Source of the DNA: an uncultured Clostridia bacterium
Lineage (GTDB): Bacteria; Bacillota; Clostridia; TANB77; UBA1234
NCBI GenBank assembly: GCA_934149405.1
Contig: CAKPEV010000001.1
Coordinates: forward strand, 64,685 to 128,684
DNA: 64,000 bases
Direction: 5' to 3'
Shown in pieces: positions 50,374 through 59,583 of the stretch; the stretch's first letter is position 1; each line of letters begins with the position of its first letter. The notes beneath the pieces were generated by a model, which did not search any database, was not told the origin of the DNA, and saw nothing but the letters and a program-made list of their open reading frames with translations. Position numbers and translations under genes: made by a program.

Positions 50374-51046
50374 ATGATAGATATAAAAGATATGTCAAAA
50401 ATTTATGAAATGGGAGAAAACAAAGTTTATGCACTTAACCATATAAACCTTCACATAGAAGAGCATGAATTTGTTTCTATTATTGGTCCATCTGGTTCAG
50501 GAAAATCAACACTTATGAATATGCTTGGTTGCCTTGATGTTCCAACTGAAGGAACATATATTTTAGATGGAAAGCCTATTTCAAAAATGAGTGATGACGA
50601 ACTTGCAGATATTAGAAATAATAAAATAGGATTTGTATTCCAAGGATTTAACTTACTCCCAAAGTTAACAGCAATCGAGAATGTTGAATTGCCTTTAATA
50701 TATCAAAATGTACCAGCAAAAGAGCGCCGTGAAAGGGCTTTAAAAGCATTAAAAAGTGTTGGGCTCGAACTAAGAGCAGACCATACTCCGAATGAGCTTT
50801 CTGGTGGACAACAACAAAGAGTTGCAATAGCTAGAGCTTTAATAACAAATCCTCCTCTTATTTTAGCCGATGAACCTACGCGGAAATCTTGATTCTAAAT
50901 CAGGAAAAGAAGTAATGGAAATATTTAAAGAATTAAACTCAAAAGGAAACACGATCGTTTTGATTACACATGACAGCGGTGTTGCCGAGCAAGCAAAAAG
51001 AATAATAAGAATACAAGATGGTGTTTTAACAGAAGTAAATAAATAG
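50374..51046 (+). pseudogene. ABC transporter ATP-binding protein (MacB/LolD-type ATPase) with a 1-nt insertion near 50880-50881 that truncates it after ADEPT. Probably an artefact.
   Basis: Walker [10 protein letters not shown], signature [15 protein letters not shown], Walker B ILADEPT, then the frame break. The downstream frame encodes GNLDSKSG...ITHD. Confidence 0.8.
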
Positions 51047-51061
51047 TATTCATATCACAAA

Positions 51062-51098
51062 AAATCGTAGTGAAGTAATATCCACTACGATTTTTTTA
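51062..51098. terminator. Bidirectional terminator (atcgtagtg/cactacgat plus T7) between the ABC ATPase gene and trxA.
   Basis: Read directly from the sequence. Confidence 0.6.
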
Positions 51099-51108
51099 TA
51101 AGCAAAAC

Positions 51109-51426
51109 CTATTTCATTTCTTCAATCCAATTTGAAAGTTCATCTTCATCTGCGAATCCCACTTGCCTATCTATTTCTTCACCATCTTTAAAAAATATAA
51201 GTGTTGGTACTGATGAAACGCCATAGCGTATTGCAGCATTTTCACTTTCATCAATGTTCACTTTATAAAACTCAACTTCATCACCATATTTTTTTTCTAA
51301 TTCAATAAGCACTGGTGCAAGCATTTGACATGGTGCGCACCAAGTTGCAAAAAAATCTACTACTACTAATCCTTCGTTCTTTAATACCTCATCAATTATT
51401 TGACCTGGTTCTATATGATGTACCAT
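51109..51426 (-). CDS. trxA: Thioredoxin. The start is trimmed to MVHHIEPGQ..., which follows a GGAGGAG RBS.
   Basis: WCAPC active site. Confidence 0.85.
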   Translation of the reverse strand: MVHHIEPGQIIDEVLKNEGLVVVDFFATWCAPCQMLAPVLIELEKKYGDEVEFYKVNIDESENAAIRYGVSSVPTLIFFKDGEEIDRQVGFADEDELSNWIEEMK

Positions 51427-51554
51427 AATTCTCCTCCTCTTCTTTATTGTATTATCGACCATTTAATGATATTTTATTATAAATATATAAAAATAGCAAT
51501 ATATATAAAACAATGGTATAATAAACTTAACTTTATCAAAAGGAGATTGATTTA

Positions 51555-52316
51555 ATGGATACAAGACCAATAGGAATGTTTGATTCAGGTTGCGGTGGAC
51601 TTACTGTTCTAAAAGAATATTTAAAACTAATGCCAAATGAAAATTACATATATTACGGTGATACAGCTCATCTTCCATATGGCGATAAATCTAAAGAAAA
51701 AATTATAGAATTTTCAAGAAATATTGTAGAATTTTTAATTTCAAAAAATGTAAAAATGATTGTTATAGCCTGTGGAACTGCTAGTGCTCAAGCATTTAGT
51801 ACTATTTGTAAAGAATATGATATTCCAATAAAAAATATAATAACTCCAACAGCATCTAGCATAAAAGATGAAAACATTGGTGTTATTGCAACAAAAGGAA
51901 CAATAAAAAGTAATGCTTGGGAAAATGCAATAAAAAAATATAATCCAAATGCAAATGTTATATCACTTGCTTGTCCTCTTTTTGTGCCAATAGTTGAAGA
52001 AGGATTTGCAAAAACACAAATTGCTGATTTGGCAATAAAAGAATATATATCAAAATTTAAAGGAACAAATATCACATCTTTAATTTTAGGTTGTACCCAC
52101 TACCCTATTCTAGAAGACAAAATACAAAAAGAAATAGGAAACGGTGTAAAGCTTGTGAATGCAGGTGTTATCTCTGCATTAGACTCCATAAAATATTTAA
52201 AAGAAAACAACATGCAAAACTTAAACACTGAAAATGGAACTAGAGAATTTTTCACAAGTGATGATTTTGAACTATTTAAAGAAAACGCAAAGCAATTAGG
52301 ATTTGAAATTGAATAA
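51555..52316 (+). CDS. murI: Glutamate racemase.
   Basis: IGMFDSGCGGLTV ... GCTHYP. Confidence 0.9.
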   Translation: MDTRPIGMFDSGCGGLTVLKEYLKLMPNENYIYYGDTAHLPYGDKSKEKIIEFSRNIVEFLISKNVKMIVIACGTASAQAFSTICKEYDIPIKNIITPTASSIKDENIGVIATKGTIKSNAWENAIKKYNPNANVISLACPLFVPIVEEGFAKTQIADLAIKEYISKFKGTNITSLILGCTHYPILEDKIQKEIGNGVKLVNAGVISALDSIKYLKENNMQNLNTENGTREFFTSDDFELFKENAKQLGFEIE

Positions 52317-52486
52317 AAAATTATTATTTTTACTGTGTATATTACGCACTATAACTAATTTGTGTTTTTGCTAAACGATTTCTTAAAAATGGTCTGTTTT
52401 TGCTATTTTTTGTCTTTTTTAGGACGTTTTTTGAACACTTTATATGCATTTTTATAACTGTTTTACATATAATAATATTAGAATTG

Positions 52487-52516
52487 TTGACAATTTTCAT
52501 TATACCATAGTATAAT
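52487..52516 (+). promoter_or_regulatory. Consensus-like sigma-A promoter (TTGACA-18-TATAAT) on the plus strand in the convergent murI / 52574 intergenic region. It would drive transcription antisense into the 3' end of the 52574..53113 gene.
   Basis: ttgacaattttcattataccatagtataat. Confidence 0.4.
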
Positions 52517-52573
52517 AAATGTAACTCAACTACCATGTTGTAGTAGGAGATTCTGGAGACGTTATTGATAAAC

Positions 52574-53113
52574 TTATGTCAATGGCGTCTTCTGCTTTTT
52601 GTATCTTTCATATTTATTTACATATTTTTCTAGCATATTATCATACTCTATATAATATCCTGTAAGTAACAAATTGTAATCTTTCCTTTTTTCTATTATT
52701 ACAATGAATCTAGCATTCTTAAATAAAAAGTATGCCTTTATTTTGTTGTTAATCTTTTCCTCAAAATATAAAATCTTTTCACAATCATTGCAATTTTCGT
52801 TACACGGATAATGTTCTATTATCGCTTTGTTCCAACCAATCCTTGCAGCTCTTTTTGGATCAGGAACCCTATCATTTGGATCATTAGAATTGTGAAACTC
52901 ATCCTTGTGAGTCAAATGAATGAATGCATGCTCATATTTTCCATCCATTGGTGCTCTTCTAAAATTAACAAATTTTCCTTCAAATTTCACCCTATCTTCA
53001 ACAAAATCTTTCTGAAACACCTTATACAATTCATATAAATATTCATTCCATTTGTTATAGTCTTTACACTCTATAATTTCAGGTAACCATTTACATTTAT
53101 TCAAATCTAACAC
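52574..53113 (-). CDS. Hypothetical cytoplasmic protein (179 aa, His/Cys-containing). It overlaps the upstream DUF3800-like gene by 17 nt.
   Basis: An ORF with no recognisable family. Translationally coupled to 53097..53903. Confidence 0.5.
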   Translation of the reverse strand: MLDLNKCKWLPEIIECKDYNKWNEYLYELYKVFQKDFVEDRVKFEGKFVNFRRAPMDGKYEHAFIHLTHKDEFHNSNDPNDRVPDPKRAARIGWNKAIIEHYPCNENCNDCEKILYFEEKINNKIKAYFLFKNARFIVIIEKRKDYNLLLTGYYIEYDNMLEKYVNKYERYKKQKTPLT

Positions 53114-53903
53114 CTACCTGTAAATCTATATGGAATAAATTAAATTTCTTTTCAGATAGTAAAGTACTATTTAATAACGAATAACCGCTTTTATCAGCTA
53201 TATATTTCATCAATTCTGTTTTAGCATTGCTTGAATTCTCTCTTTCAAACATTTCCCTATTTTTATAGCCAATTGCACCTATTAACAAATCTGCTAGTTG
53301 CAATATTGCACTTTCTTGTGAATTAATTGATTGAATTCGTTTTATTGGTTCATATTCAAACTCTTTCATTCTTGTATTAAGATAATTTCGCAAAACTTCA
53401 ACTTTTCGAGCACTTTTAGTATCTTTTATATCTAAATAAATATAATTATCTGCTTTAGGTTCAGCAAGATTTTTAAGTAATTCATAATACATTTTATAAT
53501 ACCAATCATCATGTGTTTGATTAAATCTCTCATGGTCAATTTGATTTTTGTCAATAATCATTGCTCTAAATCTCAACAAATCACTGTTAAAGAAGTAATC
53601 TACTAGTTCTTTATAGTACTTCAACTTTGATGGCGAAACCTTATTCCATTTTATTTCTGTGTTCTCTTTTATTTGATTCTCTAATTTTATAGAAATCAAA
53701 TCTTTTTTTATTGTTTTTCTATCATCTTTTTCACAGATAATCCCACCAAGTATCATATATCTTTGCATATCATGCTCCAAATGACAGCTTTCATCACAAT
53801 ATATATTATATTCCACTAATAACACCTTCTCCCTATAACCTTTCATTTTTTCAATACTCACCAAATTGAATTGTATCATATTTTTCAGCAAAATCCAAAG
53901 CAA
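53097..53903 (-). CDS. DUF3800-like protein. The true start is possibly an internal Met, since the listed start overlaps the end of pgeF.
   Basis: N-terminal ...YNIYCDESCHLEHD resembles the DUF3800 YxDESG start. About 250 aa. Confidence 0.5.
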   Translation of the reverse strand: MLWILLKNMIQFNLVSIEKMKGYREKVLLVEYNIYCDESCHLEHDMQRYMILGGIICEKDDRKTIKKDLISIKLENQIKENTEIKWNKVSPSKLKYYKELVDYFFNSDLLRFRAMIIDKNQIDHERFNQTHDDWYYKMYYELLKNLAEPKADNYIYLDIKDTKSARKVEVLRNYLNTRMKEFEYEPIKRIQSINSQESAILQLADLLIGAIGYKNREMFERENSSNAKTELMKYIADKSGYSLLNSTLLSEKKFNLFHIDLQVGVRFE

Positions 53904-54705
53904 TTACTGCACTTCCAACTCCAAAGTTTGCTCCTTCTACTCTTCTTGAATGTACTTTTTCTGATGAACATACACTACAAATACCAGAATCTAATATATT
54001 TTCTTCTTTTAATCCTTCTTCTTTTAGCAATATTTTATTTATTAGTATTGTGTCTATATTGTATTTTTGTTTTTCTTCAAATACTCTTCCACGTTTTATT
54101 ATTTCATCTAATTTATTAGTGTATTTGAATATTCTTTCACATTCTTCTTTAACATCTGTATCAACCTCAAAGTGGCACACCCTAATCGCCGGACATATGC
54201 AAGCTATTATATCCTCTGGATTTGAGTTGTACTCTTCTTTCATTTTCCTTACTGTTTTTTGTGCTATCTTTTGGAATGTACCTCTCCAACCAGAATGCAC
54301 ATTTGCTATTACATTTTTATTTTTATCATAAAACATTATTAAAATACAGTCTGCATTTGTTGATGCAAGTGTTATTTGAGGTTTGTTTGTTATGCTCGCA
54401 TCAACTCCATCTAAATATTCTAAATATATATCTGGCAAATTTTTATTTTGCTTTTTTTCAATTTTCAGAATATTGTCACTATGTGTTTGATTAGGTTTTA
54501 CAAGTGTTATAGGATTTATTTCTACTGCTTTTAAGAATTTTTCATACTCATTATATTTTGAATCTTCTCCATCTAATCTCCTGAAATTCAACGGTTTTAA
54601 TGCATATGCATGTTTTAAATTTGGATATTCTAATAACCTTCTAAATCTTAAAACTTCAACACCATTTATATTTTCTTGAACAACAATCTCGTTAGATAAA
54701 TCCAT
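53851..54705 (-). CDS. pgeF: PgeF/YfiH-family (DUF152) purine nucleoside phosphorylase / peptidoglycan editing factor.
   Basis: NQTHSDNI...TNADCILIMF...HSGWRGT...CICPAIRVCHFEV. Confidence 0.8.
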   Translation of the reverse strand: MDLSNEIVVQENINGVEVLRFRRLLEYPNLKHAYALKPLNFRRLDGEDSKYNEYEKFLKAVEINPITLVKPNQTHSDNILKIEKKQNKNLPDIYLEYLDGVDASITNKPQITLASTNADCILIMFYDKNKNVIANVHSGWRGTFQKIAQKTVRKMKEEYNSNPEDIIACICPAIRVCHFEVDTDVKEECERIFKYTNKLDEIIKRGRVFEEKQKYNIDTILINKILLKEEGLKEENILDSGICSVCSSEKVHSRRVEGANFGVGSAVIALDFAEKYDTIQFGEY

Positions 54706-54749
54706 AAAATTTAAGCATAACTTTAATGTTATGCTATTCTCCTTTCTAA

Positions 54750-55490
54750 TTATTTATAAAAAACTTTCATCAAGTACAAACCATGTGGTGGCAATGTCTT
54801 GCCGGCTCTGGTTCTGTCACCTGAAAGTATTATATCTTCTATTTCATTTTCATTTATTTTTCCAAGACCGACATCTACTATCGTTCCGCAGACTATTCGC
54901 ACCATATTATATAAAAATCCATCGCCTGTTAGTTCTATTTCTATTTTTCCATCGTGTTCTCTCATTTCTGCCTTTGTTATTGTTCTAACAGTAGTTTTTT
55001 TAGGGCTGCCACCTGATGATTTAAAGCCTTTAAAATCATGCTCTCCCTCAAATTTCTTTAATGCTCTTCTCATAGCCTCTTTATCTAAATGGCTTGGCAT
55101 ATAAAACTCTCTATATCTATCTAGTGCTGATGGAAATTCGTTATTGTTTATAATATATTTATATGTTTTTCCTTTTGCATTATATCTTGAATGAAATCTT
55201 TCATCAACTTCTTCTGCAGATTTTACAACTATGCTCTTAGGAAGTTTGGCATTTAATGCATAAGGTATTTTTTGAATTGGCACTTTCGAATTTGTTTTAA
55301 AATTGGCTGTTTGGCCATAAGCATGAACACCCGCATCAGTTCTGCCTGAAGCTATTATTTCAATATCTTCTCCTGTTACATCTTTTAATGCTCTTTGCAT
55401 TTCTCCTTGTATACTTGTTTTACCAGGTTGAATTTGCCACCCAGCAAAATTTTTTCCGTCATATTCTATTATTATTTTTATATTTCTCAT
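54750..55490 (-). CDS. truA: tRNA pseudouridine(38-40) synthase TruA.
   Basis: IIIEYDGKNFAGWQIQ...ASGRTDAGVHA. Confidence 0.9.
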   Translation of the reverse strand: MRNIKIIIEYDGKNFAGWQIQPGKTSIQGEMQRALKDVTGEDIEIIASGRTDAGVHAYGQTANFKTNSKVPIQKIPYALNAKLPKSIVVKSAEEVDERFHSRYNAKGKTYKYIINNNEFPSALDRYREFYMPSHLDKEAMRRALKKFEGEHDFKGFKSSGGSPKKTTVRTITKAEMREHDGKIEIELTGDGFLYNMVRIVCGTIVDVGLGKINENEIEDIILSGDRTRAGKTLPPHGLYLMKVFYK

Positions 55491-56119
55491 TATTTTATAT
55501 AAACCTTAACTTCCTTTCCATTAACTAGTTTAGCAAATTTTTCGCCATCTTCTTTTTCACCGACAATGCTTCCATAATGAGTTGGGACTACGACATCTGC
55601 TGTGATTTCGTTTGCCAAATATGCTGCCTCATTATAATCCATTGTGTATTTTCCGCCTACAGGCAAAAATGCTACATCGCATTCTATGTTTAATAGTTCA
55701 TCAATAGCATCTGTGTCTCCTGCTATATAATATTTAAGACCATCTAATTCTATTATATAACCAACCCAGTTTTCTTTTTTCTGATGATACATTTTTTCTT
55801 TATTGTATGCTGGCGTTGTTTCAAATTTTATATCATCAATTTCATATTCATTATTAGGCTCTACTATAATAATTTTGTTTTCATCTTGAAACAAACCCCT
55901 AGCCATTCCGTGTGTACACTCTACAGTAATTATTTTGGTCTTTTCATTCATTACTTTTAATATATCTTCTTCTGAAAAATGATCATAGTGCCCATGCGTA
56001 CAAAAAATATAATCTGCATCACTATAATCTTTATCTATCATAAAAGGGTCTATATATATCGTCTTGCTTCCCTCTATTTTTATACTACTATGACATGGAA
56101 GTTTTACATTATCTAACAT
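55490..56119 (-). CDS. MBL-fold metallo-hydrolase.
   Basis: CTHGHYDHFS motif. Confidence 0.8.
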   Translation of the reverse strand: MLDNVKLPCHSSIKIEGSKTIYIDPFMIDKDYSDADYIFCTHGHYDHFSEEDILKVMNEKTKIITVECTHGMARGLFQDENKIIIVEPNNEYEIDDIKFETTPAYNKEKMYHQKKENWVGYIIELDGLKYYIAGDTDAIDELLNIECDVAFLPVGGKYTMDYNEAAYLANEITADVVVPTHYGSIVGEKEDGEKFAKLVNGKEVKVYIK

Positions 56120-56285
56120 ATTCTCTCTCCTTTTTAGGTTCTATAATTTTAAACTTTGCATAAAGTTAATTGATGCCTTTATTCTATCATACATAACCTA
56201 TGATTTCAAATTTTATAATTGGGTATTGATTTTTAAAACGAAAATTTATATAATGGCAGTATAATTTAATAAAGGAGGTATTTTT

Positions 56286-57570
56286 ATGACGTTTCTTAAA
56301 AATTACAAGCAAACGCTCATCCTGGTAGGATCTATAATTATAGGTGCTATTGTCGGAGTTATTTGGGGAGAAGGAGCTAAGGTGCTTAGCCCACTAGGAG
56401 ACTTATTCATAAACTTAATGTTTATGGTAATCGTTCCTCTTATCTTTTTAACCATTTCAACTTCTATTTCAAAAATCAGCCATCCAAAGAGAGTTGGCAA
56501 AATACTTGGTACAACTGTACTTGTATTCGTTATAACATCAGTAGTTGCGGTCTTAATTGGTCTTGTTTTCACTTTTCCATTTGAGCTTGTTTCAAATACT
56601 GATGGTGCAAAAATCCTTGCTGAGCTTGGTGGCGAAGCAGCTGAAACAGAAGAATTATCTCTTTTACAAAGAACTGTTAGTGTTTTGACAGTAAATGATT
56701 TTTCAAAGTTACTATCAAAAGATAACATTATTGCAATTGTAGTATTCTCTATAATGTTTGGTTGTGCCATGAGAATGGCAGGAGAAAAAGCAAAACCTGT
56801 GCAAAATGTTTTAGAAGCTTTAACAGAAGTAATTATGAAAGTTATAACAATCATAATGTACTATGCACCTATCGGACTTGGTTGCTATTTTGCTTCATTT
56901 ATTCGGTCAATTCGGTGCAAGCATTGCGGTTGGTTATTTAAAAACATTCGTAATCTACACTATCGCTTGTCTTTTCTGTTTCTTTGGTATGTATACATTG
57001 TATGCATTCATCGCGGGAGGCAAAGAAGGTGTTAAAAGATTTTGGAAGTTTGTTTTACCAGCAACATTAACAGCACTTGCAACATGTTCTAGTGCTGCAT
57101 CAATTCCAGTTAACATGCAAACTTCTAAAAATATAGGTGTTTCTGATGATATTGCTGAAACTTTGATTCCTCTTGGAACAAGTTTTCATAAAGATGGTTC
57201 AATAATCGGCTCTGTATTTAAAGCAATGTTTTTGGTATGCTTATTTGGAACAAATGTATACACAGCAGGTGGTGTGCTTCAAATATTAGGTATTTCACTA
57301 ATTGCAACACTTCTTGTAACTGCAGTTCCTATAGGTGGTGGAACAATATCTGAGACAATGATTATAACAATGCTTGGATATCCGCTTACAGCAGTTCCTA
57401 TACTTACAACAATTGCTACAATTATAGATGCACCTGCAACTGTTTTAAATGTTGTTGGTGACAGTGCTTCTTCAATGCTTGCCGCAAGAATAGTTGATGG
57501 TAATGATTGGATGAAGAAAAGCGATTCAGCATCACCATCTAAAGATAAAAAACAAAAAATAAAAGCTTAA
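56286..57570 (+). pseudogene. Dicarboxylate/amino acid:cation symporter (DAACS family) split by a T3 versus T2 homopolymer indel near 56893. Probably an artefact.
   Basis: Two overlapping ORFs whose translations join as ...APIGLGCYFAS(L)FGQFGASIAVGYLK... Confidence 0.75.
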
Positions 57571-57577
57571 CAATAGC

Positions 57578-57615
57578 AAAAGTTCCAGCCCTCTTGGGCT
57601 GGAACTTTCTTATTT
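57578..57615. terminator. Bidirectional terminator. Stem agttccagccc/gggctggaact.
   Basis: aaaagttccagccctcttgggctggaactttcttattt. Confidence 0.65.
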
Positions 57616-57616
57616 C

Positions 57617-58771
57617 TTATTCTTCCTCTTCTTTCTCAAAAGATATACATTTCCCGGTGTATTTTTTATTTTCGTCCAAGTACGTTAACTCGAAGTTTCC
57701 ATCGGCTGTAACACAAAGTCTTCCACCTCTTGTATGTTGAAAAGCTTCAAATATAATTGGCATAAAAAGTTTTTCGATTTTACTGTTTAAATCTCTTACT
57801 CCCAGCTTTTCAATGTCAACTTCATCTACTATTCTTTCCCACAAAAGCGGATCGATAGATATTGTATCAACTCCAAGTGAGGCAAGCACTCTACATCCCT
57901 CTTGCATCGCAGACTCTTCCGAAAAGTAAATGATATCAATCAAATCGTCCTTTGTCATTTTTCTAAACTCTTCAATGATGCTGATTCTTCCAACAAGTTC
58001 AGGAATAAAGCCATAATCGATGAGATCCTGTGCTGTATATTCCTCAGATTTGACAGATTTTTCTTCGGTTTTACTTGCAAATCCAATCCGCGTTTTCCTC
58101 GTTCTCTTATCCCTTATCTCATCAAGCCCAACGCAAGCACCTGCCAAAATTATGGTGAGCTTTCCTGTATGAAACGGGATATTTTTTCCTATCGCTTGTT
58201 CTATTCCCTTATACCTTTCAGTCAAAGGAACATTTACGGTTGCGTCCTCAAAAAGTTTAAGTAACTCTTGTTGAACGGATTTTCCTGCAACGTCACGCTC
58301 ATTAGTTGTAGAAATAACTTTCTTATCGATTTCATCTATAAGAAGAATTCCTCTTTCTGCAATATCAAGCTCTCCTTTCGCTCTCTCAAGCAATCCTAAA
58401 AGCATGTTTTCAAGTTTGTCTCCAACATATCCTGCGGAAGTCATGGCTGTAACATTGGCTCTATACACAGGCACGTCAAAAGCCTCTTCAAGAGCTTTGA
58501 GCATTGTTGTCTTGCCAGTTCCAGTAGGTGCAATGAGAAACATTGACTTCATCTTTCCTTGGTATTCCGACATATACTCCTCAAGGAAATTCATGTACTG
58601 ATTGTAGTAAGCAACATACAGCAAATCCTTAATAGCCTTGTCTTGCCCAACAACCTTTCTTTTTATTAAAGGGATGTAAGATTCAACATTCTTCCGCAAG
58701 CAAGGAAATTCTTGATACATAGCTATTGCTTTGTCGAAGTCGCTGTCCAATTCTTTCTCAATATCATACAT
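57617..58771 (-). CDS. ClpX-like AAA+ ATPase lacking the N-terminal C4 zinc-binding domain. The start is trimmed to MYDIEKELD..., which follows GGAGGAAG.
   Basis: PTGTGKT Walker A, LLIDEIDK Walker B and AGYVG pore-loop-like GYVG. ClpX-like sensor and C-terminal domain. Confidence 0.7.
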   Translation of the reverse strand: MYDIEKELDSDFDKAIAMYQEFPCLRKNVESYIPLIKRKVVGQDKAIKDLLYVAYYNQYMNFLEEYMSEYQGKMKSMFLIAPTGTGKTTMLKALEEAFDVPVYRANVTAMTSAGYVGDKLENMLLGLLERAKGELDIAERGILLIDEIDKKVISTTNERDVAGKSVQQELLKLFEDATVNVPLTERYKGIEQAIGKNIPFHTGKLTIILAGACVGLDEIRDKRTRKTRIGFASKTEEKSVKSEEYTAQDLIDYGFIPELVGRISIIEEFRKMTKDDLIDIIYFSEESAMQEGCRVLASLGVDTISIDPLLWERIVDEVDIEKLGVRDLNSKIEKLFMPIIFEAFQHTRGGRLCVTADGNFELTYLDENKKYTGKCISFEKEEEE

Positions 58772-58854
58772 ATCTTTCTTCCTCCAATAACAAAATCTTT
58801 GGTTTACAAAATACATTTTTGACATATTATATATTGTTTTTTGTGTCATTTCAA

Positions 58855-59472
58855 CTATTTTATGTTTTTTTCGGCATATATATTTAATTTTTTAGTTTCT
58901 TTCATATATGTTATCTCTACCAAATCACCATTTTCATTATATATTTTATATTGCAACATGATTTTCCCATCATCTTTTTTTTCATTTACATTAAAGCCCA
59001 CTTCTTTAACTTTCTTTAAATAATCTCTAGCATCTTTTTTATTCGAATTTTCGATAAATACTTTTATCCATGTACTATTATATTCAATTTTATCAAGTTC
59101 ACCATATTCAGGTACAGGAATAAAACTTCCAATTTCCTCACTTACAGGCCATGTGCTTGTCATTATTTTTTGTAATTTACCAGAATAAATGCTTTCTGCA
59201 TATATTTCAACACCTCTATCCGTACATTTCATAACATCTGTGTATATATTGCTTAAATAGTCCACCTGCTCTGCAGAAAGATTGTTATAATCTATTTTCT
59301 CAAATTTATGAATTTCTTCAAGATTTATTTCCGTAGTTTGCTTAGTTTGTTCTACATTGTCTCTCTGAATATCATTATTATCATTGGATTTTTTAGTTTT
59401 TGGAATAAAAATTAGTAAAATCAAAGCTATTAAACATATTAAAAATATAATTTTCAACTTCTTCTTAGACAT
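58855..59472 (-). CDS. N-terminally anchored hypothetical protein. It is immediately upstream of, and co-oriented with, the ClpX-like gene.
   Basis: TM LKIIFLICLIALILLIFI. Confidence 0.5.
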   Translation of the reverse strand: MSKKKLKIIFLICLIALILLIFIPKTKKSNDNNDIQRDNVEQTKQTTEINLEEIHKFEKIDYNNLSAEQVDYLSNIYTDVMKCTDRGVEIYAESIYSGKLQKIMTSTWPVSEEIGSFIPVPEYGELDKIEYNSTWIKVFIENSNKKDARDYLKKVKEVGFNVNEKKDDGKIMLQYKIYNENGDLVEITYMKETKKLNIYAEKNIK

Positions 59473-59583
59473 TCAAACGCCTCCTTATATATTTATCTTA
59501 CACTATTTATCATTTAGAATCAATTGACTTTTTCTGCTTTTTTATTTATTATATCCTTAGTAATTAAGAAAAGGAGAAACAAT

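Noticed and set aside
52342-52536. 64-aa minus-strand ORF in the murI / hypothetical intergenic region.
   Set aside because: It has no RBS and a low-complexity translation. The region is better explained by the plus-strand promoter and a non-coding transcript.
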